Source of the DNA: Candidatus Methylomirabilota bacterium
GTDB lineage: Bacteria > Methylomirabilota > Methylomirabilia > Rokubacteriales > CSP1-6
Assembly: GCA_035281625.1 (NCBI GenBank)
Contig: DATEDO010000219.1
Span: forward strand, 3,952-67,951
Reading direction: 5' to 3'
DNA: 64,000 bases
The translations under genes were made by a program, and so were the position numbers. Positions 1 through 9,427 of the stretch are shown one piece after another. Numbering within the stretch: the stretch's first letter is position 1; each line of letters opens with the position of its first letter. Under the pieces are notes generated by a model, which worked only from the letters and a program-made list of their open reading frames with translations, was not told the DNA's origin and made no database searches.

Positions 1-342
1 GCGTACTGCCACGACAACTACAAGAAGCGCGTGCTGACACTGGACGAGGAAGGCACGGTGGTCACGCGCGCCGCCTCGGGCAAGCCGTGCCGTCTCATCC
101 GCAACAACTTCACCCGTGAGTGGGAGAAGCGGGAGGGGGAGATCCAGCCCTTTCCCCTGCAGGCGGCGCGGGTGGGCCGCGACGCCGGCATCCTCGCCCG
201 GGAGAAGGGCGACGTGGACAACGGCAATGCCCCGTGCGGGCAGTCGGCGGCGCTCATCCGGGAGATCGTTCCCGCCGGTGAGGTGGTGCGCCGGCTGGTG
301 GCCGAGACCGCGGAGGTGCTGGAGCGCATGAGGCGCCCATGA
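1..342 (+). CDS. 3' end of a gene that starts upstream of the window; hypothetical protein (C-terminal 113 aa)
   Basis: Frame 1 is open from base 1 with GC-rich third positions. The stop TGA at 340-342 overlaps the ATG (339-341) of the next gene in an ATGA junction. No confident family assignment from the C-terminal fragment alone. Confidence 0.5.
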   Translation, partial: AYCHDNYKKRVLTLDEEGTVVTRAASGKPCRLIRNNFTREWEKREGEIQPFPLQAARVGRDAGILAREKGDVDNGNAPCGQSAALIREIVPAGEVVRRLVAETAEVLERMRRP

Positions 343-1526
343 TCCCGCTCCGTCTCGTCGCGCTCCTCACGGCGCTCGTCGCCGTGCTCGGCGGCGCGAC
401 TCGTCTCGCCGCCCAATCCTCCGGCCCGCCCATCCGCATCGGCGCCTCGCTGTCCCTCACCGGGGCCTATGCCAAGCCCGGCCTCTACGGCCGCGAGGGG
501 TACGCGCTCTGCCAGAAGCAGCTCAACGAGGGCGCGGGCGTGCTGAACCGCCCCGTGGAGTTCGTCATCTACGACGACCGCTCCGATCCCCAGACCGGCG
601 TGCGGCTCTACGAGAAGCTCATCACCGAGGACCGCGTGGAGCTCGTGATGGGCCCGTACTCCTCGGCCATCACCGAGGCGGTGGCCAATGTCACCGAGAA
701 ATACAAGAAGCTCATGCTCGCGCCCCTCGGCTCGGCGGGCAGCATCTGGGAGAAGGGCCGCCGCTACGTCATCATGATGGTCTCGCCCGCCGAGGTCTAT
801 CTCGAGGGCCTCATCGAGATGGCGGCCCGGCAGGGGCTCAAGACCATCGCGTTCATCTACGAGGACACCCTCTTCCCCAAGACCTCGGTGCGCGGCGCCG
901 TCGCCATCGCCCGCAAGCGGGGGATGGAGGTGGTCCTGCAGGAGGCCTATCCCAAGGCGCAGACCGACTTCGCCGCGCTCCTCACCAAGATCAAGGCGAT
1001 GCGGCCCGACGTGCTCGCCGCCGCCACGTACTTCGACGACGTGGTGGCCATCACGCGCCAGATGAACGAGCTCGACGTCAACGTGCGGATGTTCGGCACC
1101 ACCGTGGGCGGCGATCTCCCGGAGTTCTACAAGGCCCTCGGCAAGACCGCGGAGTTCGTCTACGGCTCGTCCCAGTGGGAGCCCGGCCTGGCCTATCCGG
1201 GCGCGCAGGAGTTCTCCGCCGTCTACGAGGCGGAGTTCCGTCGGGCCCCGTCCTACCACGCGGCCGCCTCCTTCGCCGCCTGCATGCTGATGGCGGACGC
1301 CATCGGAAAGACCGGCAGCCTCGACGCCGAGAAGCTTCGCGACTACCTCTTCAAGCTCAGCACCACCACCGTCTTCGGCGGCTTCGACGTGGACGAGCGC
1401 GGCTTTCAGACCGGCCACCGCATGGTCACCATCCAGTGGCAGGACGGGCGGCAGATCATCGTGTGGCCCGACGACGTCGCCTCCGGCAAGGCGCGCTTCC
1501 CCACCCCGCCCTGGAGCGCACGATAG
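339..1526 (+). CDS. Branched-chain amino acid (Leu/Ile/Val) ABC transporter substrate-binding protein, LivK/periplasmic-binding-protein type I family
   Basis: 395 aa. The N-terminal signal peptide is MIPLRLVALLTALVAVLGGATRLAAQ. The fold is typical of type-I periplasmic binding proteins, with motifs such as IRIGASLSLTG, a TGxYA-like segment, VEFVIYDD and GPYSS. ATG at 339. Confidence 0.85.
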   Translation: MIPLRLVALLTALVAVLGGATRLAAQSSGPPIRIGASLSLTGAYAKPGLYGREGYALCQKQLNEGAGVLNRPVEFVIYDDRSDPQTGVRLYEKLITEDRVELVMGPYSSAITEAVANVTEKYKKLMLAPLGSAGSIWEKGRRYVIMMVSPAEVYLEGLIEMAARQGLKTIAFIYEDTLFPKTSVRGAVAIARKRGMEVVLQEAYPKAQTDFAALLTKIKAMRPDVLAAATYFDDVVAITRQMNELDVNVRMFGTTVGGDLPEFYKALGKTAEFVYGSSQWEPGLAYPGAQEFSAVYEAEFRRAPSYHAAASFAACMLMADAIGKTGSLDAEKLRDYLFKLSTTTVFGGFDVDERGFQTGHRMVTIQWQDGRQIIVWPDDVASGKARFPTPPWSAR

Positions 1527-1551
1527 GCGACCCGGAGGTACACTCGCTCCC

Positions 1552-3594
1552 GTGATCCAGACCATTCGCACCGCCTGCGCTCACGACTGCCCCGACCAGT
1601 GCTCGATCGTCGCCACCGTCGAGGACGGCCGCCTGCTCAAGCTGCAGGGGGATCCCGACCACCCGTTCACCGCGGGCTTCCTCTGCGCCAAGGTGAATCG
1701 CGAGCACGAGCTCGTGCACTCTCCCGAGCGCGTGCTGCGGCCGCTCAAGCGCACCGGGCCCAAGGGCGCGGGGCGCTTCGCGCCCATCTCGTGGGACGAG
1801 GCGCTGGACGAGATCGTCACGCGCTGGCGGCACATCTTCGCCGAGGACGGGCCGCTCGCCCTCCTCGGCTACGCCTACAGCGCGCATCAGGGTCAGCTCA
1901 ACCGTGGCCTGGTCCTGGGGCTCTTCCACGCCCTCGGGGCCACCCGGCTCCAGGCGGGGACGGTATGCGACACCTGCGCGGAGGCGGGCTGGAACGCGGC
2001 GTGCGGCGGCGTGGGCGGCTCGGATCCCGAGAGCGTGGTGGAGTCCGACGTGATCGTCGCGTGGGGCGCGGATCTCCTCACCACCAACCTCCACATCTGG
2101 CCCCTCGTGGAGCAGGCGCGCGCCAAGGGGGCGGCGCTGGTGGTCATCGAGCCGCGCCGCAGCGGCACCGCCGCCCGCGCGGACTGGCATCTCCGCGTCA
2201 ACGTGGGCACCGACGCCGCCCTCGCGTTGGGCGTCATGCACGTGCTCGCCCGCGACGGCCTCTGCGACCGCGCGTACCTGGCGCGCGAGGCGGTGGGCTT
2301 CGAGCGGCTCGAGCGTGAGGTGCTGCCGCGCTTCGCCCCGGCGCGGGTGACCGAGATCACCGGCGTGTCGGTGGCCGATCTCGAGCGCCTCGCCCATCTC
2401 TACGGCAAGGCGCGGGCGCCCTTCATCCGGCTGGGCGAGGGGATGTCCCGCTGCACCAACGGTGGCCAGGCGGTGCGCGCGGTGGCGCTCCTGCCCGGCG
2501 TGGTGGGCGCCTACGCCAAGCGCGGCGGCGGCGCTCTCCTCATGACGGCGACGGGCTTCGGCTTCGATTCGAGCCCGATCCGCAGGCCCTCGGGTCCGGC
2601 GACTACCCGATCCGTGAATCATTCGCGGCTCGGTGAAGCGCTGCTGACCATGAAGGATCCACCCCTCCGCGCGCTGTTCGTCGCCGCCAACAACCCCGCG
2701 GTGACCTGCCCGGACGCGGCGGCGGTGCGTCGCGGACTTTCGCGCGAGGACCTCTTCACGGTCGTGCACGACCCGTTCCTTTCCGACACCGCGCGCTACG
2801 CGGACATCGTGCTGCCCGCGGCCACGCACTACGAGAGTGAAGACATCGTCCGCGCCTACGGCACCTACTGGATGCAGTTCATTCCCCAGGTGGTGCCGCC
2901 CCAGGGCGAAGCCCGGTCCAATCGTCACCTCGCCCAGGAGCTCGCGCGCCGCCTGGGCGTGAAGGATCCGGTTTTCTCCATGGATACGGATGCGATGATC
3001 CGCACCCTCTTCGGGAACGCGAAGAGCCCGGCGGCGGCGACCGTGGACCCGGCGAGGCTACGGACCGCGGGCTCGATCAAGGTGAAGGATCCCGTCGCGG
3101 TGGGGCCGGGCCAGCCCTTCGGCACACCGTCCGGCAAGCTCGAGTTCTACTCGGAGTCGCTGGCCGCGGAGGGGCTACCCGCCATGCCCGACTGGGTGCC
3201 CGAGCCCGGCGACGCGGCCGCGGCGCGCTACCCGCTGCGGCTCCTCACCGCGCCGGGCTACTTCCAGGCCCACACCGCCTATTCGGGTGTGACCGCGCTC
3301 CGGAAGAAGGCGGGGCCGCCGGAGTGCGTGCTGCATCCCGAAGACGCGAAGGCCCGCGGGCTCCGCGACGGCGAGCCCGTGGAGCTCTTCAACGACCTCG
3401 GCGCCGTGATCTTCGCCCTTCGCGTGAGCGAGGAGACGCCCCGCGGGGTGGCGTTCGTCCCCGGCCAGCGTCCAGTGGGCGAAGCCCACGCCGGCACCAT
3501 CAACATGCTCTGCTCCACCACTTACAGCGACATGGGCGAGGGCGCGACCTACCAGAGCACGCGCCTCGAGGCGCGCGCCCCGCGCCGGGCCTGA
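1552..3594 (+). CDS. Molybdopterin-dependent oxidoreductase (MopB/DMSO-reductase superfamily), cytoplasmic, N-terminal 4Fe-4S
   Basis: 680 aa, GTG start at 1552 with GGAGG 14 nt upstream. The N-terminal CAHDCPDQCS...C(FLCAK) is a CX2CX3CXnC 4Fe-4S motif. The molybdopterin dinucleotide-binding C-terminus is present. No twin-arginine signal. Confidence 0.85.
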   Translation: MIQTIRTACAHDCPDQCSIVATVEDGRLLKLQGDPDHPFTAGFLCAKVNREHELVHSPERVLRPLKRTGPKGAGRFAPISWDEALDEIVTRWRHIFAEDGPLALLGYAYSAHQGQLNRGLVLGLFHALGATRLQAGTVCDTCAEAGWNAACGGVGGSDPESVVESDVIVAWGADLLTTNLHIWPLVEQARAKGAALVVIEPRRSGTAARADWHLRVNVGTDAALALGVMHVLARDGLCDRAYLAREAVGFERLEREVLPRFAPARVTEITGVSVADLERLAHLYGKARAPFIRLGEGMSRCTNGGQAVRAVALLPGVVGAYAKRGGGALLMTATGFGFDSSPIRRPSGPATTRSVNHSRLGEALLTMKDPPLRALFVAANNPAVTCPDAAAVRRGLSREDLFTVVHDPFLSDTARYADIVLPAATHYESEDIVRAYGTYWMQFIPQVVPPQGEARSNRHLAQELARRLGVKDPVFSMDTDAMIRTLFGNAKSPAAATVDPARLRTAGSIKVKDPVAVGPGQPFGTPSGKLEFYSESLAAEGLPAMPDWVPEPGDAAAARYPLRLLTAPGYFQAHTAYSGVTALRKKAGPPECVLHPEDAKARGLRDGEPVELFNDLGAVIFALRVSEETPRGVAFVPGQRPVGEAHAGTINMLCSTTYSDMGEGATYQSTRLEARAPRRA

Positions 3595-4578
3595 TCAGTC
3601 GAGCACCTGATCCGCCTGCTGGCGGAGGGCCGGCGAGATCGAGAGGCCGAGCGCCCGCGCCGCCTTCTCGTTGATGAGCAGCCGGAGCTTCTGGGGGACC
3701 GCCAGCGGGATGTCGCCGGGCTTGCGGCCCCGGAGGATCTGATCCACCTGCTCGGCGGAGATGCGATACAGCGCGGCAACATCGGCGTAGTACGCGATCA
3801 ATCCGACCTCGTCGGCCGATGGGAACATCGGGAAGTCGTAGATCACCGGGAGCCGGTGTTCGGCGGCGAGCTTGAAGAGGTAGTGCCGATAGAAGTGCGC
3901 GGCGCTGTCACCGAGTGTCATCACGGCGTGCACGCCTTCGCGCTTCGCCGCGCCGAATGTGGCGCGGAGGTCTCCGGGGTCGCGCCACTCCAATCGGCGG
4001 ACGGCGACGTTCGCGCCGGCCGCTGCCGATTCCACATCGGCCAGGTGTGCGACCCAGCTGGAGCGGCCGTGATAGAGCAGGCCGACGCGAGACAGTCGCG
4101 GAAGCAGCTCGCGGAGCAGATCCAGCCGTCGCGCGGTGCCGGCAGGTGAGAAGTACGTGAAGCCGGTGGTGAAACCGCCGGGCCGCGCCAGCGAGTCGAG
4201 CTCCTTGCCGAAGCCGACGAGGTCGATGCAGCCGGCCACGATGGGGATATCCGGACTGCGCGCCCGCGCCGTGGTGACCGCGGAGCCGCAGGGGAGTACG
4301 AGGAGGTCGAGCGGGACGTCCATCAGCGCCTCCACGTGCTTCGGGAACTGGCTGAAATCGCCGTCCGCCCAGCGGTAGGTGGTCCAGATGTTCTGCCCCT
4401 CGACCCATCCCAGCTCGCGGAGTCGCTCCTGGTAGGCGCTTAGCATGGACCAGTCCAGGCCGGGGCCATAGGGTCCGAGGAAGCCCACGCGATAGGGCCG
4501 GCTCGCGTCTTGTGCACCCGCGGCCGGCGCGCCGAGGAGAATTACGGCGAGCGCAAGGAACCCGACTCGCGCGCCCAT
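3595..4578 (-). CDS. ABC transporter substrate-binding protein (ABC_sub_bind / PF04392-like family), paralog A
   Basis: The ORF track shows 414 aa, but the N-terminal 87 residues are Arg/Pro-rich out-of-frame-like sequence. The real start is the ATG at 4576-4578 (MGARVGFLALAVILLGAPAAGAQ signal peptide), giving 327 aa. The stop abuts the convergent molybdoenzyme stop (tga/tca at 3592-3597). Confidence 0.8.
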   Translation of the reverse strand: MGARVGFLALAVILLGAPAAGAQDASRPYRVGFLGPYGPGLDWSMLSAYQERLRELGWVEGQNIWTTYRWADGDFSQFPKHVEALMDVPLDLLVLPCGSAVTTARARSPDIPIVAGCIDLVGFGKELDSLARPGGFTTGFTYFSPAGTARRLDLLRELLPRLSRVGLLYHGRSSWVAHLADVESAAAGANVAVRRLEWRDPGDLRATFGAAKREGVHAVMTLGDSAAHFYRHYLFKLAAEHRLPVIYDFPMFPSADEVGLIAYYADVAALYRISAEQVDQILRGRKPGDIPLAVPQKLRLLINEKAARALGLSISPALRQQADQVLD

Positions 4579-5411
4579 CAGTCGAGCACCTGATCCGCCT
4601 GCTCGGCGACGGTACGAAACAGCGCGCCGACATCGGCATAGTACGCGATCAAACCGACGTCGTCGGCGGCGGGATTCATCGGGAAGTCGTACATCACGGG
4701 CAGTCGGTCGGCCGCGGCCCGCGAGAACAGGGCGTGCCGATCCGCATGCAGCGCCCCGCCGCCGAGGGTGAGAAGCGCCTCCACCCCGCGCTGCCGGGCG
4801 GGGAGGAAGGCGGCCGCGGGCCCGTCGGTGGGCACCCACTCGATCCGCTCGAGGTGGAGGCCGACGGCGCGCCCCGCCGCCTCGACCTCCGGCCCGTATC
4901 TCGTCCAGCTCGAGCCGCGCTCATGGAGGACGCCGACCCGCGACAGCCTCGGGACCAGCTCCTTGAGCAGCTCGAGCCGGCGGCGGGTGGCGCCGGGAGA
5001 CAGGTACGTGACGCCGGTGGTGAAGCCGCTCTTCGCGGCCTCCTCGTCCAGGCCCACGAGGTCGATGCAGCGCGCGACGAGGGGGATGGTGGGGCTCACT
5101 TCGCGCGCGGCCTTGACGGCGGGGCCGCACGGCAGGACGAGGAGGTCGGGGGACTCGGCCATCACGGAGCGCGTGAGCGCCGGAAACCGCGTGAAGTCGC
5201 CTTCCGCCCACCGGTACGTCGTGGAGAGATTCCGGCCTTCGATCCAGCCGAGCTCGCGCAGCCTGGCCTGAAAGCCATGCAGCATCGACCAGTCGAGGCC
5301 GGCGCTATAAGGCCCGACGAAGCCGATGCGATACGCCCGCCCGGTCTCCTGCGCCGTCCCCACGACCGGGACGCCGGCGAGCAGCACGACCAGCGCGGCG
5401 GCCCGCCACAT
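4578..5411 (-). CDS. ABC transporter substrate-binding protein (PF04392-like), paralog B (tandem duplicate)
   Basis: 277 aa, starting MWRAAALVVLLAGVPVVGTAQ (signal peptide), ATG at 5409-5411. It aligns with paralog A over its full length, and both share the conserved motifs WSML, LRELGW, TTYRWA(D/E)GDF, LLVLPCG and GLIAYYADV. The 3' terminal 26 nt are identical in both genes (tcagtcgagcacctgatccgcctgct). The stop overlaps the start of paralog A (ATGA). Confidence 0.8.
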   Translation of the reverse strand: MWRAAALVVLLAGVPVVGTAQETGRAYRIGFVGPYSAGLDWSMLHGFQARLRELGWIEGRNLSTTYRWAEGDFTRFPALTRSVMAESPDLLVLPCGPAVKAAREVSPTIPLVARCIDLVGLDEEAAKSGFTTGVTYLSPGATRRRLELLKELVPRLSRVGVLHERGSSWTRYGPEVEAAGRAVGLHLERIEWVPTDGPAAAFLPARQRGVEALLTLGGGALHADRHALFSRAAADRLPVMYDFPMNPAADDVGLIAYYADVGALFRTVAEQADQVLD

Positions 5412-5419
5412 CGGGCGCC

Positions 5420-6214
5420 CTAACGCCCCTTGAACACGGGGCGCCGCTTCTCGCCGAAGGCCTTCACGCCCTCCTGGTAGTCCTCGCTGTTGAAGCAGTC
5501 GGCGATGAGCTTGTCGAGGAGACCGAAATCGCGCTGGGTCTCGGGCTTCAGCAGCATGTCCACCGTGGTCTTGGCGGAGCGGATGGTCAGGGGCGCGTTG
5601 CGCGAGATACGAAGCGCGTACTCGCGGGTGAACGCCTCCAGCTCCGCCTTGGGCACGACCTGATTGACCAGGCCCCACCGGAGCGCCTCCTGCGCGCTGA
5701 AGTCGGTGCGCGCGGTGAAGAACAGCTCCTTGGTGTGGGCGGGGCCGATGAGCTTCATGAGCTTCTCCATGCCGCCGTAGTGGTAGCCCAGGCCCAGGCG
5801 CGCGGCCGGGATGCCGAAGCGCGCGTCGTCGGCGGCCAGGCGCAGGTCGCAGTGAAGCGCCATGCCCACGCCGCCGCCCACGCACACTCCGTGGATCATG
5901 GCGAGGAGCGGCTTGCCGAGCCCGGCGAGGGCCTGGGCCCCCCGCGCGGAGATCTTCCGGTACTCCGCCTCGTCCGCCATGTTGCGCCGCCGGTCCTTGA
6001 ACTGGGAGATGTCGGCGCCGGACACGAAGGCGGCATCCCCCGCGCCCCGCAGGATCACCACGCGAATCGCGTCGTCCTTCTCGAGATCCTCCACGTACTC
6101 GGGGATGAGCTGCCACATCTCCTGGCTCACGGCGTTCCGCTTCTCCGGCTGATTGAAGATGATCCAGCCGATGGCGCCGTCCTTCTCCAGCAATAGCGGG
6201 GCGGTGGCGGGCAT
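5420..6214 (-). CDS. Enoyl-CoA hydratase/isomerase (crotonase superfamily)
   Basis: 264 aa from the ATG at 6212-6214, with AGGAGG 6 nt upstream. Crotonase motifs include RNAVS..., GAGDAAFVSGADI and CVGGGVGMALHCD. The ORF-track extension to 6244 lacks an RBS. Confidence 0.85.
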   Translation of the reverse strand: MPATAPLLLEKDGAIGWIIFNQPEKRNAVSQEMWQLIPEYVEDLEKDDAIRVVILRGAGDAAFVSGADISQFKDRRRNMADEAEYRKISARGAQALAGLGKPLLAMIHGVCVGGGVGMALHCDLRLAADDARFGIPAARLGLGYHYGGMEKLMKLIGPAHTKELFFTARTDFSAQEALRWGLVNQVVPKAELEAFTREYALRISRNAPLTIRSAKTTVDMLLKPETQRDFGLLDKLIADCFNSEDYQEGVKAFGEKRRPVFKGR

Positions 6215-6300
6215 GGGAAATCCTCCTGAGGGCGAGCATCGCACACTTTGACTTGGCGGAAGGCGCCGCGTAGCATCGGCTCACCGAGAGGGGAGGGGCC

Positions 6301-7284
6301 ATGGCCTTCGACTACAAGCAATACTTCGGCGAGATCCTCACCGCGCAGGATCTCGTCACCCGGCCCGAGGAGCGCACCTGGCGGCTGGCTGCGCCGGGGC
6401 GCGATGCCGAGCACCACGACGTGGTCCTCTATCTCGGCTGCAACGTGCTCCGCACCTCCCACATGATCCAGACGGCCACCGCCATCTTCGACCGGCTGGG
6501 CGTGGACTACATCGCGGTGGGCGGCCCCACCTACTGCTGCGGCATCGTGCATCACCAGAACGGCGACACCGCCGCGTCGACGGGGATGAATCGCCGCACC
6601 GTGGAGCACTTCCAGCGCTACACACCGCAGGAAGTGGTGATGTGGTGCCCGTCCTGCATCTATTTCTACGACGAGGTGCAGCAGCTCGAGCTGCCGTTCC
6701 CCACCAGCCACACCGCGGAGTACCTCCTGCGCCGGCTGGGCGACCTGCCGCTGTCGCCGGTAGCGCCGCGGCGCGTGGCGCTCCACGGCCACGGAACGGG
6801 GGAGGCGCGACTGCGCGAGGCCGAGGCCGGCCGTCGCCTGCTCGCCGCGGTGCCCGGCATCACCCTGGTCGATCTGCCGCCGGACACGCGCTTCGGCCGG
6901 AGCTGTAATCCCGCGCTCATGACCAACCTCGGGCCCGAGGCCTGGCGCGCGCTGGCCCTGGGCGAGATGGACCGGGCCATCGCCGCGGGCGCGGAGACGC
7001 TCGCCGGTATGTACCACGGCTGCCAGCGCCAGCTCTGCCCGTTCGAGGCGGAGCGGCCCATCGTGCTCGAGCACTACCTCACGGTGTTCGGACGCGCCCT
7101 CGGCATCGAGTTCGAGGACACGTACAAGAAGTACCGCCTCTGGGCCGATCCGGCGCGCATCTTCGCCGACTCCACACCGTGCCAGCAGGCCAATGGCCTC
7201 GACCCCGCGAAGGCCCGCGACCTGATCGAGCGCACCTTCGTGCCCCTGGGCGCGGTGGCGCGTATCCCCCCCGTCGGAACGTAG
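6301..7284 (+). CDS. CCG-domain Fe-S protein, heterodisulfide reductase subunit B-like (HdrB/LutA/GlpC-like)
   Basis: 327 aa. The first CCG domain is C...PTYCCGIVHH...CPSC. A degenerate second Cys-rich domain is C-terminal (CNPALM...GCQRQLCPF). It is transcribed divergently from the crotonase gene. Confidence 0.7.
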   Translation: MAFDYKQYFGEILTAQDLVTRPEERTWRLAAPGRDAEHHDVVLYLGCNVLRTSHMIQTATAIFDRLGVDYIAVGGPTYCCGIVHHQNGDTAASTGMNRRTVEHFQRYTPQEVVMWCPSCIYFYDEVQQLELPFPTSHTAEYLLRRLGDLPLSPVAPRRVALHGHGTGEARLREAEAGRRLLAAVPGITLVDLPPDTRFGRSCNPALMTNLGPEAWRALALGEMDRAIAAGAETLAGMYHGCQRQLCPFEAERPIVLEHYLTVFGRALGIEFEDTYKKYRLWADPARIFADSTPCQQANGLDPAKARDLIERTFVPLGAVARIPPVGT

Positions 7285-7304
7285 CGCGGTACCTCCCCAC
7301 GCGC

Positions 7305-8003
7305 ATGGCCACCTTCTTCGTCGCGCACGGCGCGTGGTCGGCCGGGTGGGCGTGGAAGAAGATGCACCCGCTCCTGCGCGAGCGCGGCCACGCCCTCGTC
7401 GTGCCGACCCAGACCGGCCTCGGCGAGCGCGCGCATCTCGCGGGGCCGGAGATCGACCTCGAGACGCACGTCGCCGATCTCCTCGGCGCGCTCCACTGCG
7501 AGGACCTCCACGACGTGATCCTGCTCGGCCACAGCTACGGCGGCATGGTCGCCACCGTGCTCGCCGATCGCGCGCCGGAGCGCTTCACGCAGCTGGTCTA
7601 TCTCGATGCGTTCGTGCCCCTCGACGGCCAGGCCCTGATCGACCTCGTCCCGCCCGCGCTCAGCCGGAGCTGGCCGGCCGCCGACTGGCGCACGCCGCCC
7701 AACCCGCTGCCACCCGACACGAGTCCGGAGGACGTGGCCTGGATACTGCCGCGCCGCGTGCCCCAGCCGCGCCGCTGCTTCACCCAGCCGGTGAAGCTTA
7801 CCGGCGCGGGCGGCGCGCTGCCCCGGACCTACATCTTCTGCACGCGCCAGGCGCCGGGCGAGCCCTTCCGTCCCTTCGCCGAGCGCGCGCGGCGTGAACG
7901 GGACTGGCGATATCTCGAGATCGACGCGACCCACAGCCCCAACGTCACTGCGCCCGACGCGCTCGCGCGTCTCCTGGACGGGATCGCGCGCGGGGCCGCC
8001 TAG
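7305..8003 (+). CDS. Alpha/beta-fold hydrolase (esterase/hydroxynitrile-lyase-like)
   Basis: 232 aa from the ATG at 7305 (MATFFVAHGAWSAGWAW). The nucleophile elbow is GHSYGG. The ORF-track N-terminal 42 codons overlap the upstream gene and are Arg/Pro-rich, so they are rejected. Confidence 0.8.
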   Translation: MATFFVAHGAWSAGWAWKKMHPLLRERGHALVVPTQTGLGERAHLAGPEIDLETHVADLLGALHCEDLHDVILLGHSYGGMVATVLADRAPERFTQLVYLDAFVPLDGQALIDLVPPALSRSWPAADWRTPPNPLPPDTSPEDVAWILPRRVPQPRRCFTQPVKLTGAGGALPRTYIFCTRQAPGEPFRPFAERARRERDWRYLEIDATHSPNVTAPDALARLLDGIARGAA

Positions 8004-8035
8004 CCTCGGCTACCCACGGGAAGGAGCGCACGCTC

Positions 8036-9415
8036 ATGGCCACGCCCAGCCTCAAGATCGACCACGCCCGCTACGTCATCACCGTGGATGCCCAGCGGCG
8101 CATCATTCGTGACGGCGCCATTCTGGTGGAGAACGGCCGGATCAGCCGCATAGACCGCGCCGCCGCGCTCGCCGATGCTCGCGCGGATCGCGTCATCGAC
8201 GGGCGCGATCTGGTGGTGACGCCCGGCTTCTTCAACGGCCACATGCACATCAGCTACGCGCATCCCGTGCGCGGCATCTTCCCCGACGACGTGGGGAGCC
8301 CGTTGAAGCAAGTGTTCACGCTGCAGGGCGCCATGACGGAGGAGGAGGAGTATCATGCCTCGCTGCTCGCCCTGGTCGAGCTCGTGAAGAACGGCACGGT
8401 GTGCCTCCTCGATCCCGGCTCCACCAAGTATCCCGACGCGTGCCTCCAGGCCTACGAGGACTCGGGCATGCGGGTGATCATGGGTGAGTGCGTGACGGAC
8501 CGGGACGCGCCGTGGCCGCTGCCACGCTACGCCACCGCGGAGGCGGCCAAGCGCACGGTGGCCTTCATCGACAAGTGGAACGGACGGCTCGGGGGACGGC
8601 TCCGCGCCTGGGCCATGCCGTTCTCGCCGGAGACGTGCAGCGCCGAGCTGCTGCAGGCGTGCAAGCGCGCGGTGGACGAGCGGGGCACCGGGCTCACCCT
8701 TCATCACGGCAGCGGGACCCAGGCCCGGCGCGAGTATCAGGCGCGCGGGACCAAGAGCCCCACCGAGTATCTCGAGGGGCTCGGCGTGCTGGGGCCGACC
8801 ACGGTGCTCGCCCATGTCCTCGGGATCGACGACGCCGAGATCGACAGCATGGCCCGCACGGGCACCGCGGTGGCGATGTGTCCCGTCACCGCGGCCAAGG
8901 GCGCCCGCGGGGTGGGGGCGAACGGGCGCCTGCCCGAGCTCCTCGCGCGCGGCGTGCGGGTGGCCCTGGGCTGCGACTCGCCCAACAACTCGAACCACCT
9001 CGATCTCGTCCGCTCCATGAACATGGCGGCCATCCAGTACAAGGACGCGCGCCAGGACATGGCGCAGATCCCTGCGGAGACCGCGCTGGAGCTGGGCACC
9101 CGCGTGGGGGCGGCCGCGCTGGGGCTCGGGGACGACCTGGGCGCCATCGAGGCCGGCCGGCGCGCCGACCTCGTGTGCTTCGACACGCAGCGGCCGGAAT
9201 GGCAGGCGCTGTGGAATCCGGTGAGCAACCTCGTCTACAACGCCGACGGGCGCAGCGTGCACACCGTGGTCATCGACGGCCGCGTCGTCGTCGACGCCTA
9301 CCGCCAGACCTTCGTCGACGAGCGGAAGCTCTACGCCACCGTGCAGGAGATCGGCGAGCGCCTCCAGGCGCGCACCGGCATCACGGCCCCGCCCTCGCGC
9401 TGGCCGGTGGTCTAG
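8036..9415 (+). CDS. Amidohydrolase family protein (cytosine/guanine/chlorohydrolase-type metal-dependent deaminase, TRZ/ATZ-like)
   Basis: 459 aa. A metal-binding HxH (NGHMHISYAH) lies near the N-terminus, with HHGSG and D-rich C-terminal motifs. AAGGAG sits 9 nt upstream of the ATG at 8036. Confidence 0.85.
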   Translation: MATPSLKIDHARYVITVDAQRRIIRDGAILVENGRISRIDRAAALADARADRVIDGRDLVVTPGFFNGHMHISYAHPVRGIFPDDVGSPLKQVFTLQGAMTEEEEYHASLLALVELVKNGTVCLLDPGSTKYPDACLQAYEDSGMRVIMGECVTDRDAPWPLPRYATAEAAKRTVAFIDKWNGRLGGRLRAWAMPFSPETCSAELLQACKRAVDERGTGLTLHHGSGTQARREYQARGTKSPTEYLEGLGVLGPTTVLAHVLGIDDAEIDSMARTGTAVAMCPVTAAKGARGVGANGRLPELLARGVRVALGCDSPNNSNHLDLVRSMNMAAIQYKDARQDMAQIPAETALELGTRVGAAALGLGDDLGAIEAGRRADLVCFDTQRPEWQALWNPVSNLVYNADGRSVHTVVIDGRVVVDAYRQTFVDERKLYATVQEIGERLQARTGITAPPSRWPVV

Positions 9416-9427
9416 CGCTCGTCGTCG

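Noticed and set aside
18-1571. 517-aa ORF on the minus strand
   Set aside because: It is antisense to the well-supported LivK-like gene, its composition is Gly/Arg/Ala-rich as expected for high-GC antisense frames, and it has no homology signal.
4578-6302. 574-aa minus-strand ORF as a single gene
   Set aside because: Only the C-terminal 277 codons (the binding-protein paralog B) are genuine. The N-terminal part overlaps the crotonase gene out of frame and is Arg/Gly/Pro-rich.
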